From Methanobacteriota archaeon (GTDB taxonomy: Archaea; Halobacteriota; Halobacteria; Halobacteriales; Halalkalicoccaceae): DNA of 39,752 nt. The stretch is from NCBI GenBank assembly GCA_022561895.1, contig JADFQH010000002.1:1-39752 (forward strand), read 5' to 3'. Position 1 is the first letter of the stretch. The number at the start of each line of letters is the position of its first letter. Positions 1-10,086 of the stretch are shown here, piece after piece. A program made the position numbers and the translations under genes. Under the pieces are notes generated by a model. The model was given only the letters and a program-made list of their open reading frames with translations. It did not search any database and had not been told where the DNA came from.

Positions 1-330
1 GAGTCCGCTGCGCTCAGCCCACAGATTGCCTACCTCATGACGAGCCTGCTCAAGGGGGTCGTGCAGAGCGGTACCGGGTGGCGTGCCCGTAGGCTGGCCC
101 GTCCGCTGGCGGGCAAAACCGGAACGACGCAAAGCAGCCGGGATCTCTGGTTCGTCGGGTTTACCCCGGACTTGGTGGCCGTGGCGTGGATGGGCTACGA
201 TGATTTTGCTTCACCGGGACGGTGGGGGTGGACCGGAGGCGGTGCGGTCGCCCCATGGTGGACGGAGATTATGGAACAGATACTCAAGGAATATCCCAAG
301 AACGATTTTCCCGTCCCCGAGGGGCCATAA
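1..330 (+). CDS. Class A penicillin-binding protein (PBP1A-like), transpeptidase C-terminal fragment; bacterial, probably chimeric with the rest of the window
   Basis: Frame open from base 1: AYLMTSLLKGVVQSGTG...AGKTGTTQSSRDLWFVGFTPDLVAVAWMGYDD, containing the KTG motif and the WFVGFTP signature. Archaea lack peptidoglycan PBPs of this type. Confidence 0.85.
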   Translation, partial: ESAALSPQIAYLMTSLLKGVVQSGTGWRARRLARPLAGKTGTTQSSRDLWFVGFTPDLVAVAWMGYDDFASPGRWGWTGGGAVAPWWTEIMEQILKEYPKNDFPVPEGP

Positions 331-692
331 AGAAAGAGATTCGGCGGGCGGTTGTCCCCAAGTGCGACCCGGAGCATCTTCGTGACCTCCTGGAGCTGCT
401 CGTCACGGCCGACGATCCGATCCTCGTCGACGACTTCCGTTGGATCGAGCAGCGACCGATCCCGAATCAAGCAGTTCTGATCGTCGAACTCGAGCAGCAT
501 ATCCTCGATCGATCGACCCTCCTCAGCATCGATCGTCGAGGGCTCGGCGACCGAGCGACGCGACGAACGAGCGCCATCGAACTCGGGGGACGACTCGGCG
601 CGGACGTCGGAGGAGGACGATAGCTCCGATCGAGAGGAGTTCCCCTCGCCATCGGCCGCCGTGTCCGTCGTCCGCGAGTCGTCCGTGGGCAT
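303..692 (-). CDS. cdc6: Orc1/Cdc6 replication initiator, 5' part only (breaks right after Walker A)
   Basis: LIRDRSLLDPTEVVDEDRIVGRDEQL...RPPNLFLYGPSGTGKS is a typical haloarchaeal Cdc6 N-terminus. Homology is lost after GKS at about position 303. Confidence 0.88.
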
Positions 693-904
693 GCTCACCA
701 CGAGACACCCGCCGTACTAAAACCTTTGCCAACCGCTATCGAAGTGAGAAGAGTCGATAAAATGGGGAATGAACGGCTCATACGGTGGATGGTTAACAAA
801 ATAGGGGAGGAAACTTCGACCTGCAACGGAGTGAAGGGAAACGAAACCGAACTCGATGGTTTTCCAGAAGAAAAAAAGAGAAAGCGAATGGACCGAGACG
901 GTTT

Positions 905-1085
905 ACGGTCGGAGGAGACGGAGGAGACGAAAGAGCTGGGAGAAACAGGAGAGATCGAAGAGAGTTGAAGAGATGGGGGAGATGCGGGAGATAGGAGAGA
1001 TCGAAGAGAGTTGGAGAGAGTTGGGGGAGACGAGAAGATGGGGAGATCGAAAGGAAGTGGATGAGAGCAAGAGATAGAGAGGAGC
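905..1085 (+). repeat. Purine-rich (G/A) low-complexity tract with 21-bp direct repeat
   Basis: aggagagatcgaagagagttg at 947-967 and 993-1013 inside a strongly G/A-skewed tract. Confidence 0.7.
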
Positions 1086-1119
1086 GAGACAGATATACTA
1101 GCGATAATAAGTGTCATGG

Positions 1120-1544
1120 ACACAGACACCCCTCTATCGATGTGTTCGGGGGAACAAGGAGGGGGTGGGGTGAGAGGCGGTCGAGACGGGAGACGAGCGC
1201 CGCTAGAGGACGAAAGCGGTCCAGAAGCGGCTGTAGTCCCCCTCAAAGCCACTCTTCGATTCCTTCTCTTTCTTCTTTCTTCTAGTTCTCTAGACTAGAT
1301 ACACACACACACACCACTATCGATGTGTTCGATGTGTTCAGTTATGTTGGGATTGTGAGGTCATATTTCGGGACGTTCCTGACGAGGATCACATTCCTGC
1401 TAATCCGTCGAAAAACGTCGTTTCTGACCGTGTGCTCTTCGATTTCTTCGAAAAAGTTAATCAAACTCCTGTACGTGCTCACTCCTCTCCGATCGACACC
1501 CCATCAGCTCCATCCCGAACACATCGATAGAGGGGTGTCTGTGT
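1120..1544. other. Putative replication origin (ORB-like inverted repeats around an AT/pyrimidine-rich core) upstream of cdc6
   Basis: Perfect 31-bp inverted repeat at 1120-1150 and 1514-1544 (acacagacacccctctatcgatgtgttcggg), a third partial copy at about 1311-1331, a G-rich string after the first copy, and adjacency to cdc6. Confidence 0.7.
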
Positions 1545-1658
1545 TTCCGACGGCCGATCCACTGATAGGATGAACATAGTATGGGATAAAATACCACCCT
1601 ATCATCAACTATCTCTGCTGATCACCAGTTACACATACCGGCCGAACGACGGTCGGAC

Positions 1659-3707
1659 ATGGAGCGCCACCTGCACGCCGAGGAGTGGGTTGCTGTTGAT
1701 GACGTGGCGGTTCGCGGTCGTGCGTTCGACGGGGGGTCGTTGGTCGCTGGCGAAGCGCTCGCGACGAGGTTTCACGCGGTGCTGTCTCACTCGTCGCGGG
1801 CCGAGATGTCGCCGGCCGAAACATGTCAGCCGTCTCATATCAAGGCATGTCGGTCGAATCCGTCCGAAATTCTCGATGCAGTCTGTGACGTTGCCGCCAC
1901 GTTGGAGGGTTTTTTCGCGGTGGTTATCGACGCCACAGCCCATGACCAGATCGGGAGAACCTATCTCGTCGCCGACGGCGCGCGTTCAATCCCACTGTAC
2001 TACGATGACAACGGTTCGATCGTCAGCGACCGCGGTCGCGCTGTCAAACGCGCGGTCGATGGGGATCGCGATCCAATCGCCGAGAGCGAGCTGTTGCTCA
2101 CTCGGTACGTGACGGGTCCGGAGACCATCTGGTCACGAATCTACAGCACTCAGCCCGGCGAAGTCGTCGCTATCGGAAACGAGGAAATCGTCCGGCGGAC
2201 CTACCGCGAGCACTGGCCAACAGCCGAGCGGGCACAAGAGCGCTCGACGGCCGAGGCGAAAACGCTTCTCCGGGAGGGTCTCGAAACCGCTCTCGATCGG
2301 GTCGAGTGCGTCGCGGGGGATCGCCCGGTCGTCGTCCCCTTATCAGGTGGGTACGACTCCCGGCTGCTTGCGGCCTCGCTGGTCGAGCGCGGTCGGGAGG
2401 TGATCGGCTTTACGTTCGGTCGGGTCGGCCACCCCGATGTCGAGATGAGTCGCGCGGTCGCCGCCGCGCTCGGAATCGAGTGGCACCACGTTTCTTACAG
2501 TGAATCGGAATGGCGACGGTGGTATCACGGCGATGACTGTCGAGCGTATCGAAACAACGCCTTCGGCGGCGACTCGCTTCCGTTTCTCGCCGAATGGCCC
2601 GCGCTCCGCACGCTCGTCGACGAGCATCGAATTCCCAAAGATGCCCTGTTCTGTCCGGGACACTCCGTCACAACGCCGAGCGAGCGCCTTCCCGAATTCA
2701 CCGGCGACTCTACTAACAACTTTACTGACGATCTCGCTACCAACACTGCTTGCGACTCTACTAACAACGTTACCGGCGACTCCGCCAACGATCGTACCGG
2801 CGACTCCACCGGCACTCCAACAATCGAGCCGTCGGTCGAGGGTCTCATCGAGCACGTACTGGACACCCACTACACCCTGTGGGACTGGGACGATCTCCCG
2901 TTTCGAAACGCCGCAAGCGAGCGAATTCGTCGCGGGCTTCTCGGCCGGCGCAGTCAGAGCGAAATCACCGATCCCGAAAGCGCCGCGGCGGCCTACGAGC
3001 GCTGGGAGTGGCGCGGGCGGATGGCGACGTTTACGAACGGCGACCTCCGGGCCTACGAGAATCATGGACTCGACTGGTGGCTCCCGCTGTGGGACCCGGC
3101 GTACGTCCGGGCGTGGGAACGACTTTCATCCAACTATCGCCGGAACAGACGACTTCACAAGACGCTCGCCGTCGAACGATATCGGACCGCAACCGACAAA
3201 CAGCACCGAACCCCTACCGACCAACAGCACCGAACCCCCACCGACCAACAGCACCGAACCCCCACCGACCAACAGCACCGAACCACCAACGAACAGCATC
3301 AGGCCACTGACGAACAGCATCAGGCCACTGACGAACAGCACCGGACCGCAACCGCACACCCCATCTCCCGATCGGCGGCCGCTCGCACCGACAGAACGCT
3401 TTCGGCGTTCGATCGGTCGCTTTCGCTCCTCCGTCACACTCCTGTGCGACAGTTCACTCACCACGACGGCGAGTGGCTCCCGCCGTTTCTCGTTTCACCC
3501 TCTCGGTTCGGCGACCCCGGAACCCATCCGCTCGCGTGGTACGGTGCAGTCGATTCCAACCTGGTAGAACGGTTCTGCGAACCGCCTGATTTCTACGCGC
3601 TCCGCGTGCTTGCAGAAACCGGTCGACTCGATTTCGCCGACCCGTCGAGTCCGATTCCCGATGGGACGACGATCACGCTTCCGATGGCCGAGAGGACGGG
3701 AGAGTGA
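1659..3707 (+). CDS. Asparagine synthase-related protein (AsnB-like, PP-loop synthetase domain)
   Basis: VADGARSIPLYY (Ntn-like domain remnant), PLSGGYDSRLL PP-loop, WWLPLWD; carries tandem-repeat insertions. Confidence 0.8.
   Translation: MERHLHAEEWVAVDDVAVRGRAFDGGSLVAGEALATRFHAVLSHSSRAEMSPAETCQPSHIKACRSNPSEILDAVCDVAATLEGFFAVVIDATAHDQIGRTYLVADGARSIPLYYDDNGSIVSDRGRAVKRAVDGDRDPIAESELLLTRYVTGPETIWSRIYSTQPGEVVAIGNEEIVRRTYREHWPTAERAQERSTAEAKTLLREGLETALDRVECVAGDRPVVVPLSGGYDSRLLAASLVERGREVIGFTFGRVGHPDVEMSRAVAAALGIEWHHVSYSESEWRRWYHGDDCRAYRNNAFGGDSLPFLAEWPALRTLVDEHRIPKDALFCPGHSVTTPSERLPEFTGDSTNNFTDDLATNTACDSTNNVTGDSANDRTGDSTGTPTIEPSVEGLIEHVLDTHYTLWDWDDLPFRNAASERIRRGLLGRRSQSEITDPESAAAAYERWEWRGRMATFTNGDLRAYENHGLDWWLPLWDPAYVRAWERLSSNYRRNRRLHKTLAVERYRTATDKQHRTPTDQQHRTPTDQQHRTPTDQQHRTTNEQHQATDEQHQATDEQHRTATAHPISRSAAARTDRTLSAFDRSLSLLRHTPVRQFTHHDGEWLPPFLVSPSRFGDPGTHPLAWYGAVDSNLVERFCEPPDFYALRVLAETGRLDFADPSSPIPDGTTITLPMAERTGE
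2700..2815 (+). repeat. Degenerate in-frame 24-nt tandem repeat (TGDSTNN-type) in asnB-like gene
   Basis: About 5 units resembling accggcgactctactaacaac. Confidence 0.65.
3192..3350 (+). repeat. In-frame tandem repeats: 4x24 nt (TDQQHRTP) then 3x21 nt (DEQHQAT)
   Basis: accgaccaacagcaccgaaccccc units followed by gacgaacagcatcaggccact units. Confidence 0.9.
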
Positions 3708-3960
3708 TAGGGATTGCCGTCGAGATTCATGGATTTCGCGCTCGCTGCATGGCCCTCGTGGTCTCCGTCGTCTGTACGGACGGTTGTAACGATGTACCGG
3801 CGATCGCTGATCCGCACAGGCGATCGCCGGTACGGGACGACAACCGTCCTTATGAAGAAACAACCCGGTTGGCGACGATAATCCCTATGAGTCGCCGCCC
3901 ATCAGTTAAACCGATTCGAAAGCGAGGGGGTTATACATCACTGAGTACGACCACTTGGTA

Positions 3961-5028
3961 ATGAGACGACGAGCGTTTTTGGGATCGAGCGCGGCGATTG
4001 CGACCGGTTTGGCGGGCTGTTCTGCAAACCCGGTCGACGATGACGACGCGGATGACGATACGCTCTCCGTTGCAACGTACGGCTCGTTCGTCGATGCGCC
4101 GAGCGACAGCCCCGGCGAGTGGATCAAAGACGAGTTCGAGGAGCGGTATGGTACCGAACTCGAGTGGCACACCCCTGATCAGGAGATCAACTACTACGTC
4201 GAGCGCCACAACGAGGAGGTCGGGATCGAACCCGAACTCTACCTCGGACTCAGCCCCCACGATCTCGTGCGCGCCGATCAGAACACGGAGGGTGAGCTGT
4301 TCGCCGAACTCGACGAAAACGAACTCGAACACATCGACGACATCGACGAGCAGTACTACTTCGATCCCCAGGACCGGGCGATCCCGACCTACAGCAGCTA
4401 CTGTGCGATCGTCTACGACGGGCGAACCGTCGACACTCCCGAGACGTTCGAGGACCTCCTTTCTTCGGAGTACGAGGGTCAGATCGCGCTTTCGAACCCA
4501 CAGGAAGGGACGACCGGACTCCTCTTTTTACTCTGGACGATCGATCAGTTCGGCGAGGAGGGCTATCTCGACTACTGGGAGGCGCTCGCGGAAAACGACA
4601 TCCGCATCCTCGATTCGTGGGGTGACGTCTATACGCAGTTCGAAGAGGAGGAGATTCCCGTTATCGTATCGTACTCCAACGACCGGGTGTATGCCGAGCG
4701 ATTCGGCAACGATCTCGAAAAACACCAGGTTTCGCTACTGAACGACGAGGCGTACGCGAACGTATCGGGCATCCTTCGGTTTGCGGACGGCACGAACGAC
4801 GAGTTGGCCCACGAGTTCGTCGATTTCGTCCTCTCGCCCGAGGTCCAAGCGGTGATCGCAGAACGCAACGTTACGGGCCCAGTCAACATCGAGACGGATC
4901 TACCGGAGGTGTATCAGGAGTTCGCGGAGGACCCCGACGAGCCGGTGTTCTTCGACTACGACGCGCTCGACGAGAACCTGACGACGTGGGTCGACGACTG
5001 GAGCGACGTGATCGCCGGTGGCCGGTAA
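3961..5028 (+). CDS. thiB: Thiamine ABC transporter substrate-binding lipoprotein (Tat signal, lipobox)
   Basis: MRRRAFL...LAGC lipobox; ATYGSFVDAPSDSPGEW; TTGLLFLLWTI; VSYSNDRVY, as in haloarchaeal ThiB. Confidence 0.85.
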   Translation: MRRRAFLGSSAAIATGLAGCSANPVDDDDADDDTLSVATYGSFVDAPSDSPGEWIKDEFEERYGTELEWHTPDQEINYYVERHNEEVGIEPELYLGLSPHDLVRADQNTEGELFAELDENELEHIDDIDEQYYFDPQDRAIPTYSSYCAIVYDGRTVDTPETFEDLLSSEYEGQIALSNPQEGTTGLLFLLWTIDQFGEEGYLDYWEALAENDIRILDSWGDVYTQFEEEEIPVIVSYSNDRVYAERFGNDLEKHQVSLLNDEAYANVSGILRFADGTNDELAHEFVDFVLSPEVQAVIAERNVTGPVNIETDLPEVYQEFAEDPDEPVFFDYDALDENLTTWVDDWSDVIAGGR

Positions 5029-7033
5029 GGAGCCGGCTGACACGGAACACGTAGCCCAGACGGACGGCGAGGCAGACGCGATCCGTATGAACGGCGAACG
5101 AAACGCCGCGTCGCTCCGTACGGACGGTGAACGAAACGCCACGTCGCTCCGTATGAACGGCGAACGAAACGCCGGGCCGATCCGTACGGACGGTGGGCCG
5201 GTTCCACTCACCGAAACCGAGGAGAACGACAGCTCTCGGAGTCGATCCGAGGACGAACAGCGCCACCACATTCGCGACGCGGTCGAACGACGCGCGGTCG
5301 TCCTGTTCGCGATCGGGACGACGATCCTCCTCTCGCTTCTCTTCTATTACCCGGTAGCGACGGTCCTCGTCGAGTCGCTCGTCGTCGAGGGACGACTCAC
5401 CCTCGCTGCCTTCGCCGACCTGCTCAGAAACCCGTTTTACTTCGGCGATCTCGCCCGCCTGTTCGCCGGCGAGTCTCCCCTCTCTGTCGGTCGCGATCTG
5501 CTATCGAGCGAGCGCCGGATCGGGATCGTCGGCTTCACTGCCTATCAGGCGATCCTCTCGACGCTGCTGAGTCTCGCACTGGGACTTCCCGCGGCGTATC
5601 TCCTCGCGCGCTACGAGTTCCGGGGGCGGAGAACTCTCCGCTCGCTGACGATCCTGCCGTTCGTTCTCCCGTCGATCATGGTCGCGATCGGCTTCGTCGC
5701 CACCTTCGGGCAGAACGGAACTCTCAATGGAATACTTTCCATGGTCGGCCTCGGACCCGTCGAACTCCTCTTTACCCTCGAAGCGATCCTGATCGCGCAT
5801 GCCTTCTACAACGCCCCGCTGATCGCCCGCGTGACGACGGCCGCGTGGGAGTCGGTCGATGCGAGTGCGGTCGAGACCGCACGAAGCCTCGGGGCGAGCC
5901 CGGTTCGCGCGTTCCGCGACGTGATCGCGCCGCAGCTCTATCCGGCGGTGCTGATGGGCGCTGCCCTCACCTTCGTCTTCACCTTCGGAACGTTTCCGAT
6001 CGTCCTTGCCCTCGGCGGGTTCGAACTCGCGACCGTCGAGGTGTTCGTCTACCAGCTCGTCCGCGAACTGAACTACACCGAGGCCGCGGCGCTCGCGATC
6101 GTCGAACTCGCCATCTCGCTCGGCGTTCTCTACGCCTATCTTCGCTACGAGGCGAAACACGCCGTCCGCTCGCAGGGGATTCGACCGCTCCCCCGAAAAT
6201 CCCTGTTCCCCTCCCAACCCTCGCTTCGAGAACTCCTCCCGAGGATCGCCATCGGTATCTACGCGGTCGTTGCGCTGGTCGTGTTCATCGCGCCGATCGC
6301 GAGCATGATCTATACGAGCGTTGCCGGTCCGAACGGGCTGACCCTCGATCACTACCGGTTTCTCGTGGACCGGCAGGCGACGGGGGCGGCCTATCAGGTC
6401 CGGCCGTGGTCCGCGGTCCGCAACTCGCTTCTGTTTGCCGTCGGCGCGCTGGCGCTCTCGCTGCCGATGGGCGTCGTCGTCTCGGTGCTGACGACGCGGC
6501 GGTATCGTGGGCGAAAGCTCGTCGACGTGATCTCGATGGCCCCGCTTGCGGTCTCGGGGATCATCGTCGGGATCGGCCTGCTCAGGGGCCCAGTTTTCGG
6601 CGTCGAGATCGCGGGCTGGCGACTTGCCGTCGGCGGAGCCGTTGCGATCATCGCGGCTCACGCCGTCTCGTGTTACCCCTTCGTCGTCCGGACGGTTGCA
6701 CCGGGTCTCGAATCGCTCGACCCTCGCCTCGTCGAGTCCGCACGCGCACTCGGTGCATCGCGGACCCGAACGCTCGTCGATATCGAGCTTCCGCTCGTCT
6801 GGCCGGGGGTGGTCGCGGGCGCGGCGTTCGCGTTTGCCATCTCGATCGGCGAGTTCTCCTCGACGGTCGTGCTCGCGACGGGGACGGATCAGTACACGAT
6901 GCCGGTCGCGATCGAGCGATTTATCGGCCGTCGCCTCGGTCCGGCAACCGCAATGGGCGTTGTGCTCCTCGTCGTTACGAGCATTAGTTTCGTCATTATC
7001 GACCGGCTCGGAGGTGAGAGCTTTGGACTCTAA
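5018..7033 (+). CDS. thiP: Thiamine ABC transporter permease (two BPD_transp_1 domains)
   Basis: AHAFYNAPL, two EAA-type loops (VETARSLGAS, VESARALGAS), operon position; start uncertain. Confidence 0.85.
   Translation: MAGKEPADTEHVAQTDGEADAIRMNGERNAASLRTDGERNATSLRMNGERNAGPIRTDGGPVPLTETEENDSSRSRSEDEQRHHIRDAVERRAVVLFAIGTTILLSLLFYYPVATVLVESLVVEGRLTLAAFADLLRNPFYFGDLARLFAGESPLSVGRDLLSSERRIGIVGFTAYQAILSTLLSLALGLPAAYLLARYEFRGRRTLRSLTILPFVLPSIMVAIGFVATFGQNGTLNGILSMVGLGPVELLFTLEAILIAHAFYNAPLIARVTTAAWESVDASAVETARSLGASPVRAFRDVIAPQLYPAVLMGAALTFVFTFGTFPIVLALGGFELATVEVFVYQLVRELNYTEAAALAIVELAISLGVLYAYLRYEAKHAVRSQGIRPLPRKSLFPSQPSLRELLPRIAIGIYAVVALVVFIAPIASMIYTSVAGPNGLTLDHYRFLVDRQATGAAYQVRPWSAVRNSLLFAVGALALSLPMGVVVSVLTTRRYRGRKLVDVISMAPLAVSGIIVGIGLLRGPVFGVEIAGWRLAVGGAVAIIAAHAVSCYPFVVRTVAPGLESLDPRLVESARALGASRTRTLVDIELPLVWPGVVAGAAFAFAISIGEFSSTVVLATGTDQYTMPVAIERFIGRRLGPATAMGVVLLVVTSISFVIIDRLGGESFGL
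5081..5198 (+). repeat. 33-nt tandem repeat (about 3.5 units) in thiP N-terminus
   Basis: (a/c)tccgta(tga/cgg)acgg(c/t)gaacgaaacgcc units encoding RMNGERNA/RTDGERNA. Confidence 0.8.
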
Positions 7034-8252
7034 CCAGCGTTCCGATTCGCCGGTCGCACTCACACTCGACAACGTGACGATGCGCTACGGCGAGACGACC
7101 GCCATCGACGAGCTCTCGCTCTCCGTGCGCGAGGGTGAGTTTTTCACCCTCGTCGGTCCCTCGGGCTGTGGGAAGACAACGCTGCTTCGGGCGATCGCTG
7201 GCTTCGAAACGCCGACTGAGGGATCGATCGAAGTTCGTGGCGAGAGTATGGAAGCGGTTCCGCCCGAGGATCGGGGTCTCGGGATCGTGTTTCAGAACTA
7301 CGCGCTGTTTCCGCATATGAGCGTCGCCGAGAACGTCGGCTACGGACTCAATTTCGCGGAGCCGCCCGACGGAAGCTCGAAAGAACAGCGGATCGCGGAT
7401 CTCTTGGCGCTGGTCGATCTCTCGGGAATGAGTACGAGAACACCCGAGCAGCTTTCGGGCGGGCAACAACAGCGCGTCGCGATTGCCCGCGCGCTTGCAG
7501 CCGGTCCCGACGTGCTCCTCCTCGATGAGCCGATGAGCGCGCTCGACGCACAGCTTCGCGAGCGCCTCCGATTGCAGGTAAAATCAATCCAAAAAGAACT
7601 CGAGATCACGACCGTCTACGTCACGCACGATCAGGAGGAGGCGCTCGCGATCTCGGATCGGGTCGCCGTGATGAGCGAGGGGACCGTCGAGCAGATCGGC
7701 TCACCGCGAGCGATCTACGATCGCCCCCAATCTTCCTTCGTCGCGGAGTTCATCGGCGACAACAACGTCTTCAGCGGGGAGGTCATCGAAGCTCCCCCTT
7801 CCTTGGAACACATTAGGGTTCGGATCGGAACGGAGACGATCTCGATCGCCCCCGATACCTCGGATCCCGCCATCGACCGTTCGCCCTCCAATCACTCGCC
7901 TTCCAATCACTCGACCGACGATTCCTCGACCAACGATTCCTCGACCAACGATTCCTCGACCAACGATCGCTCGCATACCGATCGCTCGCATACCGATCGC
8001 TCGCATACCGATCTCACACCCGGCGATCGGGTAACGTTCTGCGTGCGTCCGGAGAAGCTTTCGATCGACACCGAGCGAAACCGGTTCGAAGCGACGGTCA
8101 AAAACAGTGAGTTTCTCGGCGACAGCACGCGAACCACGCTCGAATGGGAGGACCGCGAGCTTCTCATCCAGTCGCCAGCGCATCTCATCGGGCGTATTGC
8201 CGTCGGGTTCGATCCGGCGGACGCCCACATCGTTCGACGCGAGCTTCGGTAG
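7023..8252 (+). CDS. thiQ: Thiamine ABC transporter ATP-binding protein
   Basis: [28 protein letters not shown]-terminal TOBE-like region; probable TTG start at 7023 after ggaggtg. Confidence 0.85.
   Translation: MDSNQRSDSPVALTLDNVTMRYGETTAIDELSLSVREGEFFTLVGPSGCGKTTLLRAIAGFETPTEGSIEVRGESMEAVPPEDRGLGIVFQNYALFPHMSVAENVGYGLNFAEPPDGSSKEQRIADLLALVDLSGMSTRTPEQLSGGQQQRVAIARALAAGPDVLLLDEPMSALDAQLRERLRLQVKSIQKELEITTVYVTHDQEEALAISDRVAVMSEGTVEQIGSPRAIYDRPQSSFVAEFIGDNNVFSGEVIEAPPSLEHIRVRIGTETISIAPDTSDPAIDRSPSNHSPSNHSTDDSSTNDSSTNDSSTNDRSHTDRSHTDRSHTDLTPGDRVTFCVRPEKLSIDTERNRFEATVKNSEFLGDSTRTTLEWEDRELLIQSPAHLIGRIAVGFDPADAHIVRRELR
7881..8015 (+). repeat. 9x15-nt in-frame tandem repeat in thiQ
   Basis: tcgccYtccaatcac x2, tcgaccRacgat(tcc/cgc) x4, tcgcataccgatc(g/t)c x3. 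Confidence 0.9.
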
Positions 8253-8271
8253 CTCGGACCGAACACTGGGA

Positions 8272-8493
8272 CTACGGATCGGTGAGACGGAGGGCTCCTT
8301 CTACCTCGTAGAGATAGCCACGATCGAGAAGCAGATCGAGATAGTAGGGGATCTCGTCGGCGGTAAAACCCTCGTTTTCGAGGACGAGGGTCGCGTGATC
8401 TCGGGAGAGGCCGCCGTCGACCGTCGTCAACACCGGCCGAAGCGCTTGAAGGATGTCTTTTGCGCCGGGTGGTAACCGCCGACGGTTCATCAT
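8272..8493 (-). CDS. Small hypothetical protein, possible winged-helix fold
   Basis: YLDLLLDRGYLYEVEGALRLT resembles common small haloarchaeal wHTH-like proteins. Confidence 0.6.
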   Translation of the reverse strand: MMNRRRLPPGAKDILQALRPVLTTVDGGLSRDHATLVLENEGFTADEIPYYLDLLLDRGYLYEVEGALRLTDP

Positions 8494-8687
8494 GCATAGG
8501 TTTTCGGACGAATATCATAAACCCCCTCCTTTTCACCACTCGCTGCCCGCGACCGCCGAATCCTCCTCTCCGGAAATATCACTAAAGGTTATACTGCCGC
8601 GAGCCATCGACACCCACCCACTACCGCTGTCGCTGTTGCGATGTTGGTGTAGATACATTGTTCTCGTTGCCCAGCGTATGGTATCAT

Positions 8688-9110
8688 ATGACACGGAAAA
8701 TTCTCGTTCCGGTGGACGACTCGCCTCGCGCACGTGATGCACTGGCGTTCGTACTCTCGGAGAACGTCGACGGGGAGATCGTTCTTCTCCACGTTATCGA
8801 TCCGCTCGATGCGATCTACGTCACGGAGCCAAGCGTCTGGGACGACCGGATGATCGACCGGCGAACAGAGCGCGCAGAGGCGCTCTGTTCGGAGTTCGAA
8901 GCGGAGGCGACCCGCGCCGGTAGTGCTGTGAGAACGGTGATCGAACACGGCGATCCCTCGCGGACGATCGTCTCGTACGCCGAAACGAACGATATCGGCC
9001 AAATCGTCCTCGGAAGCCACGGCCGATCGGGCCTCTCGCGCGTTCTGCTCGGCAGCGTCGCGGAAACCGTTGCCCGCCGCTCGCCCGTCCCCGTGACGAT
9101 CGTTCGGTAG
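8688..9110 (+). CDS. Universal stress protein
   Basis: ILVPVDDS...IVLGSHGRSGLSRVLLGSVAETVARRSPVPVTIVR. Confidence 0.93.
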   Translation: MTRKILVPVDDSPRARDALAFVLSENVDGEIVLLHVIDPLDAIYVTEPSVWDDRMIDRRTERAEALCSEFEAEATRAGSAVRTVIEHGDPSRTIVSYAETNDIGQIVLGSHGRSGLSRVLLGSVAETVARRSPVPVTIVR

Positions 9111-9145
9111 TAATGTCAGTCCGCGTTCGTGGCGAACGGTCGCGT

Positions 9146-9345
<200 letters not shown>

Positions 9346-9461
9346 GACAATACACTTTATGTCTCGTTCGCCAATCGGAAATTGGAAATTTCCGATGACG
9401 TTCGCAGGAGCGAAGCTCCTGCGTGCCAGTCGGAATCGTACAGCGATTCCGATGACGCCTC

Positions 9462-9614
9462 AGGAACGTTCTGGAACCGACGCTTGCGGCCGGTGGACCG
9501 GTCGAATGGGGCGGCGGGTTCGTCGTCTTACTGGTGGTGTGGCGCGCCGAAAACATCCTGCTCTCGCTCTGTGCGGGGATCGTGGCCGTGGTCGTCCTGC
9601 GGGGCGTCGTCTAA
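9462..9614 (+). pseudogene. C-terminal fragment of AzlD-like branched-chain amino acid transport membrane protein
   Basis: Frame ending at TAA 9612-9614 reads [45 protein letters not shown]; no N-terminal half. Confidence 0.5.
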
Positions 9615-9674
9615 CCCCTCCTCACCGCTTTCAGACACTGTGACTCGCTCTCGCCATCGGCTACCGCGTGGCCG

Positions 9675-10019
9675 TCATCGTTCGAGATGAGCCAGTACCG
9701 CCGAGAGCATCAGAACAACGCCGACGATAGCGAGGTGGAGCGTCGTCAGGGAAAGGGATGCCTGCTCGGCGTACAGAAGGCTTCCCACGGAAAGAAACAG
9801 CACTATCACGAGGGTTTTGTGCGAGAGCACTCGGGATGACAGCCCCCCTTCGAGACGCCGATACTGAAGGCGACCCCGTTCAACCGCGAGTAGCTGGTGC
9901 GGACAGGCGGTGTCAGCCAGTGCCGTCCGCGAGATGAGCCGCTGCCAGTCGGCGACGGACTGACTCCGTAGTGGGTTTTCGGTGATCACACGCACACCGC
10001 GAATTCTCGATACGCGCAC
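9675..10019 (-). CDS. Small hypothetical membrane protein (start uncertain)
   Basis: Two hydrophobic segments near the C-terminus. Confidence 0.4.
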   Translation of the reverse strand: MRVSRIRGVRVITENPLRSQSVADWQRLISRTALADTACPHQLLAVERGRLQYRRLEGGLSSRVLSHKTLVIVLFLSVGSLLYAEQASLSLTTLHLAIVGVVLMLSAVLAHLER

Positions 10020-10086
10020 GTATATATCCGTAGATCGTTCCGTTCACGACAACGTCTCACAGTAATTTGATACCGCACGGTAGTGG

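Noticed and set aside
195-302. C-terminal part of the 195..701 ORF as genuine Cdc6 sequence
   Set aside because: It is the antisense of the PBP fragment beyond the chimeric junction.
3192-3350. Possible CRISPR array
   Set aside because: Head-to-tail in-frame coding repeats without unique spacers; no cas genes in the window.
3708-3960. TPP riboswitch upstream of thiB
   Set aside because: No recognisable CTGAGA/ACCTG core; haloarchaeal thiamine genes are generally protein-regulated.
5501-7072. Long antisense ORFs (also 21177..23141, 16005..17201, 14210..15382)
   Set aside because: Shadow frames of high-GC genes with no recognisable motifs.
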